A stretch of 64,000 bases of DNA from NCBI GenBank assembly GCA_044892525.1, contig CM097885.1, positions 3,288,001 through 3,352,000 on the forward strand. The letters are read 5' to 3'. The DNA is from Schmidtea polychroa (lineage: Eukaryota). Positions 43,365-56,110 of this stretch are shown here, piece by piece. Position numbers and translations under genes: made by a program. Numbering within the stretch: the first letter of the stretch is position 1; each line of letters starts with the position of its first letter. The notes beneath the pieces are model-generated. The model ran no database searches, was not told the origin of the DNA, and saw nothing but the letters and a program-made list of their open reading frames with translations.

Positions 43365-46304
43365 ATGGTTTATCAATATACTATTCCTCGAAGGTCGATT
43401 GGAGCGATGCAAAGCAGTCCTGGACCAATTTATGCTTTGCCAAGTATTTTTGATAAAAGTAAAGTACATCATAATTCCAATTACAACAACTCACCGTGTT
43501 GGAAAATGGGATCTTTGATCAACAGGAACAGATTCGTCACTGATGGTCCAGGACCATGTTATAATGTCGATAGCAAATTATTACGAGTAAGTTCAAATAA
43601 TTATTATGTAATTTTAGATTATTTATACTATTGTGATTTTGAGCTATTTTGTGTCTAAATTTAGTAACAAATTTTGAAAGGTTCCCATTGGCTCAAATTA
43701 TAATGAATGAATTATTGTGAATTTATTTAAAATCCAACAAAACTATTTGAAGCTGTAATTTAGTGTTGAAAATGTGATAATTTTTACAATCGGATTCTAT
43801 TTCAGAATGGATTCAGTCGGAGTGAGAAGTTTTCAATTCGTGGTAAATCGAGTGAGCCGGCTAACGCAATCACGCCAGCTCCGGATTTATATTTCACCGA
43901 GAAATCTACCAACAAAATCAGCCATCAGAAATCCGTGCCATCTTATTCGATTTCTGGGCGACCTAATCAAATGAAAATTGATAAAAATCCAGGTTATAAG
44001 TTTGGGAGTACTATTTCTTATATTGGGGAAGGTGGGAAAATGATCAGAAGCCCCAATTGTTTCTGCTTTCCTAACTCATTTACTCATATTAAGCTTAGGC
44101 ATCTTCATCTTGATTAATACTTTAAAGCTAACTATGAATGAAATTACAAAGCACGTTCGCTGATCACTCAACCATAGATTGGTACCCGCCGATGATTCTC
44201 TTCTTCCTATTTTCCTTTTAACTTTATCAAGACCCGTGTTAACCGTCCCATATTATCATGTCCAAATGATTGAACGCCGTGAGATCTGAGAAATCTTTCG
44301 GTTTATCTTAATTTTAATTTTTTTGAATTTTGTTTTAATAAAGTGAAATTTAATTGATGTTATATAAATCCATAATTCTCTTTTTATGTATGTGAATGAG
44401 TGATTATGGAATAACGCTTTATTAAAATCACCAAATGGCAAATTTTATTATAACTTTTAATTTTGATCGACAACATGACATTTTTAATTTTATGTTATCT
44501 GAAAATCGATTTTCCTCTATCGAATGATGCATAATTTGTCCAATTTGGATTATTAATTCTTTCTTAATGAGTTATTGAATTATAATAAATATGAATCAAA
44601 CATACATATCTATGTAGAATAATGTATTTGGATTGATAACATGATTCCGTCATTTGTGATGGGTTATAACTAGTTACAATAATAATTCCATATTATATAT
44701 TTCAAATTTTCGAGAGAATGGAATAGCCCAAAAGAATAATGTAAATTAACCAAAAATTAAAGGGTTACATAAGATATGTCATAAATCAATTAAAATTAAT
44801 TATAAGGTAATTAATTAAATTAAGGATTAAAAAATCGCATATTCTAGAAGGAAAGTCTTGAAGCAGATTAGAGTTGCCACACGTCCTACTTTCGGTAGGA
44901 CGGTCCTACAATTTAGATATTTGTCCTACTTTGAGCCTCTCAACATGTGGCAACCCTATAACAGATAGTTATAATAAATAAATGCATGTAAAATAATTTA
45001 AATTTCAAGGTAGTCACTAATAGTGACTCACTATAAGGTGCAGATATTGAAATGTAAATTAATTAATTATCAATTTCTTTATCTATCTTATCAATTTTCG
45101 TGAAAAAGAAAAAAAATCGATTTTGTGTGGGATTAAGAACGATTAATCAGTAAGATCGATTTGCTTTAATAAAAGAAATCCAGAATAAAAGAAAAAAGTC
45201 CTCAAGACGAGTGAAACTGATTGATTGCGTTAAGATCGTATAGTTCATCTGAACAAAATAATTTTTTAGGTTTGAGAATTGAAGTAATTATTTGCCAGTT
45301 GAATTATTAAGGAGATTTTCCGCATGATGACGTGCCAAATTTGACCAAACACAAATTAATTCAATAACTACGTGAACTGTATTTTGTTGAAAACAAGACA
45401 AATAGGCAGGTGATCTCGCGCCTCTCAGGTAATTTAATATTGAGAAAGCTAATCTATTTATTGATTTTGGAAAAAGGCCTAATCTTATTAATTTTTGATT
45501 AATCCCTCGAATTTCCCACATGGCTCGAGTTTCCTACATAGCTACTAAATTATTTATTTATTATTAATTAATTTGTATTTTTTAAATATCTTTTTCTGAA
45601 GATCCCATTAATTATAATTTTTTAATTTTAATTAATTTTGCACTTGAATTTTTAATTAAATTGATATTCAAATTTTATTTTTGCACTCTTGGAGAATTTT
45701 TGCTCTCCTCTGTTAATTTTCCTATTTTGAAATATCCATGGAAGTAAAGAAGTTTTAATCTTTATGTTGATTTAATTCTCATAATTTGGGGTCCCTTATG
45801 AAATTAACATTTTGTAATATGATTTATCTATTCCCTGATTGGTCAATAATTTAGCTCCGAATTCGTATGACATCAAACCAACTTTAGGCAAGTCCTATGA
45901 GAGTAGAAAGGTATCCGCTCCAGCATATTCTTTATATGGAAGGAAATCTATCGGGAGCTTCAATGAAGATTTACGAGATGTGATTGTGTAATCGAAATAT
46001 TATCACCATTTCATAGATATTTATAGACTCCTGGTCCAAATAACTATGTAATGCCCTCAAGTAACACGTACAAATCAAAGCTACCTGCGTATAGTTTGTA
46101 TGGAAGAACACAACTTCCAAGTGATTCTGTACTGAAACCGGGACCCGGCACTTACAAGCCTGAAAATGTTTTATTTATTAAACTTATATTTTAATAATTT
46201 TTATTCAGGTAGCAATAACTACAAAAAGTGCTCCGACGACTTCCTTTGGAATTAAACACAGTCCTTTTGCTAGTGGTTTCGTTCTTCCACTTGATCTCGG
46301 TTGA
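43365..46304 (+). CDS. ODF3: Outer dense fiber protein 3 / SHIPPO-repeat ciliary protein; exons 43365-43586, 43806-43992, 45855-45979, 46027-46167, 46209-46304; 256 aa
   Basis: Repeated PGPxxY motifs (SSPGPIYALP, GPGPCY, TPGPNNY, KPGPGTY) with PAYSLYGR and SFGIKHSPF. Intron phases are consistent and borders are GT-AG. Confidence 0.9.
44869..44958. mobile_element. 90-bp hAT-type MITE
   Basis: TAGAGTTGCCACACGT ... ACATGTGGCAACCCTA TIRs; degenerate 8-bp TSD AAGCAGAT/TAACAGAT. Confidence 0.7.
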
Positions 46305-47686
46305 AAATTGTTCTTTTATTTATTAATCTTTTTTTTTACATTTCCTTCGTAGAATGCATTTAACTTTTCGCACTGAACACTTTGAAACTGTTTTTCTATT
46401 TATATTAGATTTTCATTGTAACTTTTCTCTTTGTTGGGTCAAAGCTAACTTTAGTCTTGTTTTGTTCATCTAGCGCGGTACTGCAACTGTGGGGAAAGGC
46501 AAAATAATTCAAATAATGCAAAATCGCAGAAGTTATCTAACAGAAACTAAAATAATTGTTAGCAGAGCTCAAAGGAACAATGGGATGTTTGAATGTTATG
46601 CGTCAAAGGAAGAAATACATTGATAGCATTTGACGGGACAATTTAATAATGGCAGATATATACTTCCTGTTGGGCAATAACCAAAAAGAGAGCCTTGTTG
46701 TTTATCAGAAAGTAATACAATGTGAGAAGAAATTTAAATTAGTCCGAAAAATCAGCAAGAAAATCAAGAAAAAAAATTAAATCAATAAAATAAAATTCGA
46801 AAGGTAGAAAATGAAATGAAAAAATATATTAAGAAACAAAAATTATAAAACAAAATAAAAATTAAATTAAAAATAAGAGAAAAAAGAAACTAATTTAAAC
46901 AAGAAATAACCAGTTAACAAAAAGTCAATAAGTTGTTGGGTTATTATTTGGTAATAGGTTCTCTCTCTGACTCCTCGTGTTCTTATTCAACCAAATAAAT
47001 CAAACCCAACACAGAATAATTTTATTCAATCTTTATCATAATTAAACTTTGTCACTATTTGCACCTTTCTCTGATCTCCTAGTTTTCTGCACTTCTCTTT
47101 TCTCCTTTTTTTCCTCTTCAACCAACTGGCCACTTGCTCATTTCTAAGCTCTCTTTTTATAGGGTTCAAATCCCAGCCATTCAACAATATATCTTCCGAT
47201 AATGTTCACTTCCAACGACACATGCTAATATCTGCTGGTCTTTTACTTGTTAATAACTGTGATTAATCTAAATCTTATCAGCAGTTTAGAGGTTTAGATT
47301 GTGTCGAGAGTTTTTAAGTGCTACAGAGGATATAGCATTGAATAAAGTTCTTCCTTTTTATTATAAAATGGGTAGGAAAAATTTACCATGATTTTTTAGT
47401 GTAAACCCTTTTTTTAATTGAAAATCCTGGGACCTTTACTATACTTTACTATTATACATTATTTTTAAAATCTGTACTAATTTTAGTGTATAAATTAAAA
47501 TATTTGAAAACTTTGTTAAATAAGTTAAGATAAGATTTAACTATTTAAAATTAAAGTTAAATTAAATTTTTTTATTTTTAAATTTGTTTAAATATTAATT
47601 GTATGAAAACTAATAAATTATTTCATCATGAATCAAGAAACTAAAAATTTAATTACAGGTGATGCAGCTAAATTTTATAACCCTGG

Positions 47687-48701
47687 ATTACCATTGAAAA
47701 ATATTTCATAAAAATTTTCAATAAAAAATTTACTTAAAAAATTAATCCATTAAAATTTTCATTGAAAATTATCTTTGAAAATTATTCCATAAAAATTACC
47801 ATCTAAAATTACCATTGAAAAATATTTCATTAAAATTTCTATTAAAAATTACTAAAAAAAATTATTTCATAAAAATTTTCATCAAAAATTATCCTAAATA
47901 AATTAATCTATAAAAACTTTCATTAAAAAATTAACTTTAAAATTATTTCATTAAAATTTTCATTAAAAAATTTCAATTCTCAATTACTGACTATTATTTC
48001 AATTTTTATTAATAAATTTTAAAATCTTACTTTAATTTACTTATTACATCACTTATTTAAAAATTATTACTTTAATTTATTTATTTAAAATTTTTGATAA
48101 TTGATTACTTAATTTTAAAATTTGGACCTTAACTTACTTTAATTTAATTTTTAGAGCCCTAATTTACTTTAATTTAAAAAATTTGGACCTTAATTTACTT
48201 TAATTTAATTTTTAGAGCCCTAATTTACTTTAATTTAAAAAATTCGACTTAACTTTAATTTTAAATTTTAGTCCTTAATTAACTTTAATTTTAGACCATA
48301 ATTTGCTTTAATTCAAAAATTTACCATGATTTTTTAGTGTAAATCCTTTTTTCAATTGAAAATCCTAGGACCATCGAGACCCCTTCTGAATAATTCATGC
48401 TTTTTCAGTAAAGACCACCTTTTTTATTGAAAAAATATTTTTGTATTGAAAATCCCAGAGAAAAAACATTGGAGCGTACACAGCAATTATGTATTGAAAA
48501 ATGTCTACTGCAAAGATCAAAAGTTGCAATAATTTTTACCCCCCCCCCCCTCCTATCTGCTGGGAGCTCCTAACTGCCTTCTGGCAAGATATTTATTATT
48601 ACTTAAGAATTATCTTATTACTATTATTATTTATACTTTACTATTATACATTATTTTTAAAATCTTTACTAATTGCTGCCGGGAGATCCTAACTACCTAC
48701 T
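47687..48701. mobile_element. Single-arm relic related to the giant palindromic element
   Basis: Same modules in the same order as 28965-30605 (CCATTGAAAAATATTTCATAAAAATT; TTGGACCTTAATTTACTTTAATT; GAAAATCCTAGGACCATCGAGACCCC; a C-run), ending CTACCTACT at 48693-48701. Confidence 0.75.
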
Positions 48702-49147
48702 GGCTCGATATACTGTGAAAGTTACCAGACAAAATGGACAAGCCAAATCTTTAGTCTGGCGCTGTAAGAAAACGACTCGACCTTGCCAGACCATGTCGAG
48801 AAGCTTCATCAGCAGATAGGACTCCTAGCGAAATCGCAGACCGAAGATAAGAATAACATTCGCAACTTAAAAATGACAATACGAGAACAAGCTGTGAGGA
48901 TAATGGATCTCCGAGCCGGACTCCACATAGATGCAAGAGGTGGAAGAGTATTCATTTATTTTATTATTTTTAAAATCTTTACTAATTTCAGTTATTAAAA
49001 TTAAAATTAAAATTAATATTAAAATTAAAATATTTGAAAACTTTGTTAAATAAGATTTAACTATTTAAAATTAAAGTTAAATTAAATTTTTTTATTTTTA
49101 AATTTGTTTAAATATTAATTGTATGAAAACTAATTAATTATTTCATC

Positions 49148-50818
49148 ATGAATGAAGAAACTAAAAATTTAATTACAGGTGATGCGGCTAAATTTCATAA
49201 CCCTGGAGAAAATTTTAAAACAGAAGGTTATGTGGTTACTCCATTGACTATGTCATTGTTAAAGAAACATCTCGAAGAAACCGGTGGTAAAGTTGTTACA
49301 AGATTTCCACCAGAACCTAACGGTGTCCTTCACATCGGTCATGCCAAAGCAATTCATTTTAATTTTGGATACGCAAAAAAGAATAATGGTATATGCTATC
49401 TTCGATATGATGATACCAATCCTGAAAAAGAAGAAGAAAAATTTTTTCTTGCAATTAAAGATATGGTTGAATGGCTGGGATTTGAACCCTATGCTGTAAC
49501 ATATGCATCAGATAATTTCTATAAGTTATATGAATATGCAAGGAAACTAATCCAGGTAAACCAAGCTTATATATGTCATCAACCTTTAGAAGAAATTAGA
49601 GGATTCAATCCTCCTCTATCGCCTTGGAGAAATCGACCAATTGCAGAATCTTTAAAAATATTTGAAGATATGAAAAATGGAAAAATTGAAGAAGGTAAAG
49701 CAACTTTAAGAATGAAACTCATTATGGAAGATGGTAAACCGGATCCAGTAGCATATCGTATCAAATTTGTTCCTCATCACCGAACTGGCGATGATTGGTG
49801 TATCTATCCCACATATGATTTCACACATTGCATCTGTGATTCAATTGAAAATATCTCACATTCTTTGTGTTCAAAAGAATTCCAGTCTCGTCGATCGGCA
49901 TATTATTGGCTGTGCAATGCATTAGATATTTATTGCCCAGTCCAATGGGAATATGGCCGCTTAAATATGTGGTTTACGGTTATGTCAAAGAGGAAAATTT
50001 TACAATTAGTCGACAAAGGCATCGTTGGAAATTGGGACGATCCGAGATTGTTTACTTTGACTGCACTACGAAGACGGGGCTTTCCCCCAGAGAGCATTGG
50101 AGATTTCTGTGAGAGAATTGGAGTAACTCAAACCCAAACTGTCATTGATCCGGCAATGCTCGAATCCTGCGTCAGGAACACTTTGAATCTGAAAGCTCCT
50201 CGCACGATGGCAGTTTTGGAACCAATTAAAATCGTTATTAGCAATTTCCCGGATTCCATCCCATCTCAGCTCGATGTTTGTGATTTCCCGGGAGAAGAAT
50301 CGCGCGGTTCTCACAAGATATCCACGTCAAATGTTATATATATTGAAAGGAGCGATTTCTCAGAGAGTCCAGTAAAGGGTTACCGGCGATTGACCCCAGA
50401 GCAGCCCGTGGGGCTCCGTTACCTTGGGATCGTCATTACCGTGTCCTCGATCGATCGTGACCAATCTGGGGCTGTCGCGGCGATCAATGCGACTTGTTGC
50501 AGTGTTGATCAATGCAAAAAGCCGAAGGCCTTCATTCATTGGGTGGCCAATCCGATTACGTGTGAAATCCGTAACTATTCGAGATTATTTAGTGAGAAAT
50601 TCCCAGAGGAACACCCCAAGGGATATTTGGCATGCATCAATCGTGACTCGCTCGTCGTCAATGATAGCGCGATGATTGATCGATACATAACCAAGCCGGC
50701 GGTTTACACCCGGTTCCAGTTCGAGAGAATTGGTTATTTTGTTGTTGACCAGGATTCCACTGATGACAAAACCGTGTTCAACAGGACTGTCGATTTGAAG
50801 GAAGATCCACGTAAATAA
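49148..50818 (+). CDS. QARS: Glutaminyl-tRNA synthetase, intronless ORF of 556 aa (catalytic and anticodon-binding domains only)
   Basis: [16 protein letters not shown] (HIGH motif), [26 protein letters not shown] (KMSKS-equivalent), [18 protein letters not shown]. The eukaryote-type [14 protein letters not shown] linker is present. Confidence 0.96.
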   Translation: MNEETKNLITGDAAKFHNPGENFKTEGYVVTPLTMSLLKKHLEETGGKVVTRFPPEPNGVLHIGHAKAIHFNFGYAKKNNGICYLRYDDTNPEKEEEKFFLAIKDMVEWLGFEPYAVTYASDNFYKLYEYARKLIQVNQAYICHQPLEEIRGFNPPLSPWRNRPIAESLKIFEDMKNGKIEEGKATLRMKLIMEDGKPDPVAYRIKFVPHHRTGDDWCIYPTYDFTHCICDSIENISHSLCSKEFQSRRSAYYWLCNALDIYCPVQWEYGRLNMWFTVMSKRKILQLVDKGIVGNWDDPRLFTLTALRRRGFPPESIGDFCERIGVTQTQTVIDPAMLESCVRNTLNLKAPRTMAVLEPIKIVISNFPDSIPSQLDVCDFPGEESRGSHKISTSNVIYIERSDFSESPVKGYRRLTPEQPVGLRYLGIVITVSSIDRDQSGAVAAINATCCSVDQCKKPKAFIHWVANPITCEIRNYSRLFSEKFPEEHPKGYLACINRDSLVVNDSAMIDRYITKPAVYTRFQFERIGYFVVDQDSTDDKTVFNRTVDLKEDPRK

Positions 50819-51672
50819 TCGCTCGATTTTATTGAAATTATTTTTATTGAACCTTTTGCTGTGTTTTATAATAAATTTGGATTTGATTCTTTTGATTATT
50901 CACATTTAGCCGGCAAGTTCCATTAGCAAATGCTGAGCAGATTTTATTGATAATGATAAATTTTGGTATTCCTTACATGTGTTGTTGGCACCCCGTATCT
51001 AACCCAATTTATTTGTTATTATCGAGTTACCCCCAATTATTGATTTTATACCTAGTTTATTTATCAGATTTGTAATCAAATAAATTATTGGTTCATTTAC
51101 GTTATCTTTACTCTTACAAACTTTTCCTTGACTTTCATAATATTTTTCCTGGTAAGTTTTATCCCTTATCGCTCTCTTACTTGTAAGCTACATACTTGGT
51201 CCATTATTAAAATCAATTTCAAAAAAAATTCTATAAAATGAACCATCATATTTTTGTTTTTTGTCATATAATTTTTATGCTCCTCCTTTTTAATCAAAGG
51301 TTATATTAAACTTATTTTTGTTATTCCATATTCTGTTAGTCATAATCCAAACATATAGATAAATCTCCAAAATGTTGATCTAATAATATCTTTCATAAAA
51401 AATCTATCTTACTCATTAAAATAGTGAAACTGACCACATGGTAATAAAATTTCCTAAACAAATTAAAGTCATTGTCTGGAAGTAAAACTTACAAAATTTA
51501 TAAACTATATGAAAAAAAACATTTTAACGTGACAAATAAATAAATAAAGAACATTATTATAATCTTTTAAAAATATGTATTTTTATGTACAAGTAATGCA
51601 CATTTATGTACAGAATTAAATTTTTGGTAATTTGTTTTAATATTCACATAATATTTGAAAATTTAATATAAA

Positions 51673-52134
51673 ATGGAATTTAACGAAGCTGATCAGAAGC
51701 TCATGGATTTGTTTAAAAAGCGAGAAAATCTTGTCGTAAGATTTTGTTGTAAAAATTAAAAAATAATTCCGTAGTCATCTCTTAAAAACTTAGAAAACCA
51801 AATTTACAATTTAGAAGGAAATTATTTAGAAGAGACATCACAATACGGTAATATTATTAAAGGCTGGGATAAAAACAATGTACGATTGTCCTATAAAACC
51901 ACACCAAACAGCCACGGTTATCGAAAATTTAAAGAATCCGACAGATTATTTTCGATGTCCTCAGCAACTTTTAAGAAATCAGTTAATATATTTAATGCAT
52001 TCTGAGTAATTTGGTAATTGCGATTTCAGGTGGAGAATAATGTCGTGGAATCGGCCAAATTGGACAATGAGCCACAGAAAGATCACAAATTTTTGCCACA
52101 TCATAAATTTGAAAAAAATATGCCAAAAAGATGA
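51673..52134 (+). CDS. MEAF6: Chromatin modification protein EAF6/MEAF6 (NuA4 subunit); exons 51673-51735, 51775-51981, 52030-52134; 124 aa
   Basis: [27 protein letters not shown] ... [14 protein letters not shown] is the Eaf6 signature. Introns of 39 and 48 bp are GT-AG; the last exon is less certain. Confidence 0.9.
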
Positions 52135-53544
52135 AACTTATAAATAAATTAGTTTAGATTTTTGTTAAATTACTTTTTTATTATTTTGCAATAAGTTCGT
52201 TTTGGAAATATTCAAATTTTTGTTATTAAAATTGATCTGAAACGGTTAATGTAAAGTTGATTAATTTCTGCTTGACTAAGCGAGGTTTTCCGTATTTAAT
52301 AATGTTATTTGCTCGTCATTCTCTGCCCATGCCATAACCGGAATGCTCAGCAGGCTGCTCATTTATTTATACTGCTCTCTTCATTGATTGACATGGGAAA
52401 TACATTTGAATTTGAAACGATTCATTCAACGGATCGAGAGCCACAATATAACATTATTATGAGTAATGATAGCAAAGATATTAAATAACAGTAAATACAC
52501 CAACCGGCAATTGATTATCATCAAATGGCCATTGATTTGCATATTTAATAATATAAATATTAACCTATAATAAATGTGTGTGTGTGTGTGTCATAGCCAG
52601 AAGGGACATTGAATTAGCTAGGTGGCATTAAATTGGCAATTACACTATAGAAAGATAGAAAAAATCGCTGTTGTAAGAAAAATAAATAAATACATACAAA
52701 CATGGTTCACAAAAATTCTATAATAAAAAATACACACTAGGATTTATCATGCGGACATTCAATTAACAAAAAATTTTCAATTAAATTAATTATAAAAAAA
52801 TATACGAGAATATGTCAGAAACTTCATTAGAATCGACTATTTCATTTCAGGAAATTCATAGATGAATGCTCTTCAATACATGGACGAACAAGAGATTCGG
52901 TAGATCACGAGTAGGCAATAGAATTTATAACAATATGCCAACAAATCGAGGTCTCAATATCCAAAGATGAGCTAATTCATTCACAATAATATATCTTCAT
53001 TGACTATTCAAATAGAAAAGTTGCCATATAATCCATTTTTGAACCCCATCGAAAGTGTTTAGCAAAATTAAAAATGGGGTAAGGACTAAAGTTTCTTCGG
53101 CTGATGGATCTATCAGACAGATTTATCTTCAATGAATGATTTACTGCAATATCCCAAGCAGTTAACGAGGAACTTCGAAAACCAGATCATAGTAATTTCA
53201 AAAATCATATTAAAGTCATATTAGTAATCATATTAAAAATTCTTCCCTAAATACTGGATATTTTAGGTGAACTATGAAAAATTTAATGTATATTTAAATA
53301 AATAAATAAATATCTTACTTCTTTATTCATTATTTTATCAAAAAAACTTAAAATCCAAAACAAAGCTCAATTAACATTTCTAAATGAATGTCTCGTTTAT
53401 TGTAATCAAATGCGCTTTGGTGTAAATATTACAACTTTATTAACGAAAAAATAAAATACTTTGTGATATTGACAGTGATTCAGTTTATTATTTACAATGG
53501 ATGTTGTGCTGGTATTTGGATAAACAATTATCTGAGAAATACCG

Positions 53545-54224
53545 CAGAGCCGTAGCTAGGGAGCGCCGAGTCGAAGGGCGCCAAAACTGTAAAATGATCA
53601 TTTAAATTTTTTTGCTTTTCTTTCTTTTTTTCATATTAAATTTTTATATTCTGCTTTCCATGTTTACTGTTTTCAAAAGTTAAACTAAAACAAAACTGTT
53701 TTGCTGGTCTATCTAAAGGTTTTGCAAACGGGCGACTAAATCCGAAGGTGGTTGATCATGAAAACAGTTTTAAGCATAGAAATGCTACTTAGCCTGGAAA
53801 GATCTTGAAAATCGTTTGAAAGAAGGAAGGACAATTGATGATAATGGTTAAAGATATCGATATGCCAGATACAGTAGTCTATATATAAAAACGAGAAATC
53901 GGAGAATAGCCAATTCAATATTGAGAAAAGAATCAGAATTATTTTTTCATAGTAAGGGAAATTTTGTGAAACATGGCAACTCATTTCTTGGAAACTCGGC
54001 CACCCGCTGATATGGGAGATGAAGCTATATATGTATATACACATGTATAATAAATGTTTATAATTAATTGGTTTTCGTTATAATATAAGTTTGGTTAAGC
54101 ATTGTATAGCTTTGCATCTTAATTTGACTCTTCAAAACCAATTCCATTCCTGTAAGTACATAATTAATGGGAGTGGTGGATTCTTTTGGCACCAGGGGCG
54201 CCATTTTCCCTAGCTACGGCTTTG
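53545..54224. mobile_element. hAT-type non-autonomous element, 680 bp
   Basis: TIRs CAGAGCCGTAGCTAGGG / CCCTAGCTACGGCTTTG; perfect 8-bp TSD AAATACCG. Confidence 0.9.
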
Positions 54225-54833
54225 AAATACCGTAAGTGTTTAGGATTGATCTCGATACAACCCGTTATTAATTGCGATTCAATGAAGGAAAGGATTGTAA
54301 TTTATAAATTTCTCTGAACAATTCTAAGATTGGATTAGTTCTTCTTTAACTTTCAGATTACTAGATCTTTCTGATACCAAATTAATGTAGTAGATATTAC
54401 AACAAATGTAGTTCCTTTCTCTTTTATAATATCTACGGATATTCCTTTAGTAAATATTAATTTTGACTTCGGATTACTTGATCAGCTTAACTACTTTACA
54501 ACTCTTTATTTTTTTAATTCTTTTCATTGATTTTTTTTTAATTTGTAATTTCTCTATAATAAATTATTACTATATAGTTTCTGTTTGTTGGTTTGCAAAG
54601 GAAATGCCCCGAATAAAAATAATGATTGCAATTCGTAATTACATTAAAAAAACTACATTTAATAAATTAAGGTTACACTTCAAACAGTTTGTATATCACA
54701 TCGACAGCTAGCCATAGAATCAGCAGAAATGTTTATTGAATATTATAATAATTACTATTCTCTATCTGATAAACCTTGGCTGTTGTGGGAATGGTATTAC
54801 ATGTTACTTTACATAGCCTATGATAGATTAGAT

Positions 54834-55366
54834 CAGCGTTTCTCAACCTGTGGGTCGCGGGATCCTTCCAGGTGGGTCACCAAATCAGAAAATAAAAAAT
54901 TTTTTAAAGATTTAATTTTCCAAAATATTTATTAAACCCGGACCATCAAGATAATTAAAATGTTATTTAAAATAAAAAATTATTAGCACAAGATTTAAAA
55001 CCCACAATGATAATAATTCTGACGTTTTCGACTTCGGCATACTGTTCATAAAACACCTAATTAATATTTGCGACAACATTGCTAATTTTTTCTGACTGCT
55101 CGCTTTTTGCTTGTCTTATGGGTGTTAAAATTGTTGTTTTGAAGTTGCCAAAAAAACTCCTTTTACACCTAAATACTCCCAAAAGCGTTGATGAATGAAT
55201 CTCTGCCCCAGACTCCGCTAAGCTTACGACGCTTCCCCAGACCCCTTAATCGCCCGTGCCTCGCTTCACTTCGTCCCCCTAGGCGCAAATTTTAATTGCC
55301 AATCGGTCGTCAATGATTTTTATTTTGGCAAATTGGTCCCTGTTAGCCAAAGGTTGGGAAATGCTG
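54834..55366. mobile_element. hAT-Charlie-like MITE
   Basis: Ends CAGCGTTTCTCAACCT ... AGGTTGGGAAATGCTG; degenerate TSD GATTAGAT/GATTACTT. Confidence 0.75.
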
Positions 55367-55786
55367 GATTACTTATACGGTAAATGGATTGATGGGAGGG
55401 CTTACACTCCGCAAGCCCCCTCATTACCTACGCTACTGATGATTACCAATTAATATAGCCCCATGCTTATAAACCCCAGGTGAAGCACTCACCAATCCGC
55501 GTATTAAGCATAACATATTTAATTCATTAAAATCTATTTGGTTGCGTAAGGTCACATTTTTTCTGTTAATGTAAAAAAGAAGTGATCCCATTAATATATT
55601 ACTTACATACTAATGGGAGAGGGTTGAATGAATTATGAGGTTTTTGGAATAGGGAAAAATTGGAGTTTGAACATCCATACGTAAGGAAAATATTAGCATT
55701 AACATACCCCATATTTCTATAGATCTGTCAATGCATAGAACGATTCATTCAAAGCGTACTTGCTAGTAAGTAGAGTAAGTAGAGAG

Positions 55787-56110
55787 TAGCGTTTCCCAAA
55801 GTGGGTTCAGCGGACTGATAGCGGGGGTTCCGCGATTTTTTTGTAAATAAATAATTTATAAAAAAAAGATTTATAAATAAAGATTAATAAATAATTCTCG
55901 ATTTTATTCGATCCAATTTAAAATTCTTTTTCAATTCTTTTTCAAAGGGAAACCACAGTTTTTTAATTATATTGTTTTAAAATACGCATTAAAAGTAATA
56001 ATTTAAAATTATGAATTTAAAAAACTTTGATAAGATTTTTGTAAATAGGGTTCTGTCAAAAATTTGAAATCAAAAAGGGTGCCGCGGTGAAAACACTTTG
56101 AGAAACGCTG
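55787..56110. mobile_element. hAT-Charlie-like MITE
   Basis: Ends TAGCGTTTCCCAAAGTG ... CACTTTGAGAAACGCTG; TSD GTAGAGAG/GTATAGAG (7/8). Confidence 0.8.

Noticed and set aside
45008..45040. T7/SP6 promoter-like motifs (GACTCACTATAAGG here; CACTATAGTGAG in the giant element)
   Set aside because: Partial matches only, with no vector context; likely chance or short palindromes.
48735..48998. GC-richer ORF as the missing GlnRS N-terminal exon
   Set aside because: The translation shows no resemblance to the GlnRS N-terminal domain as I recall it.
51060..51520. Possible small gene divergent from EAF6
   Set aside because: All minus-strand frames tried are interrupted; no consistent exon chain.
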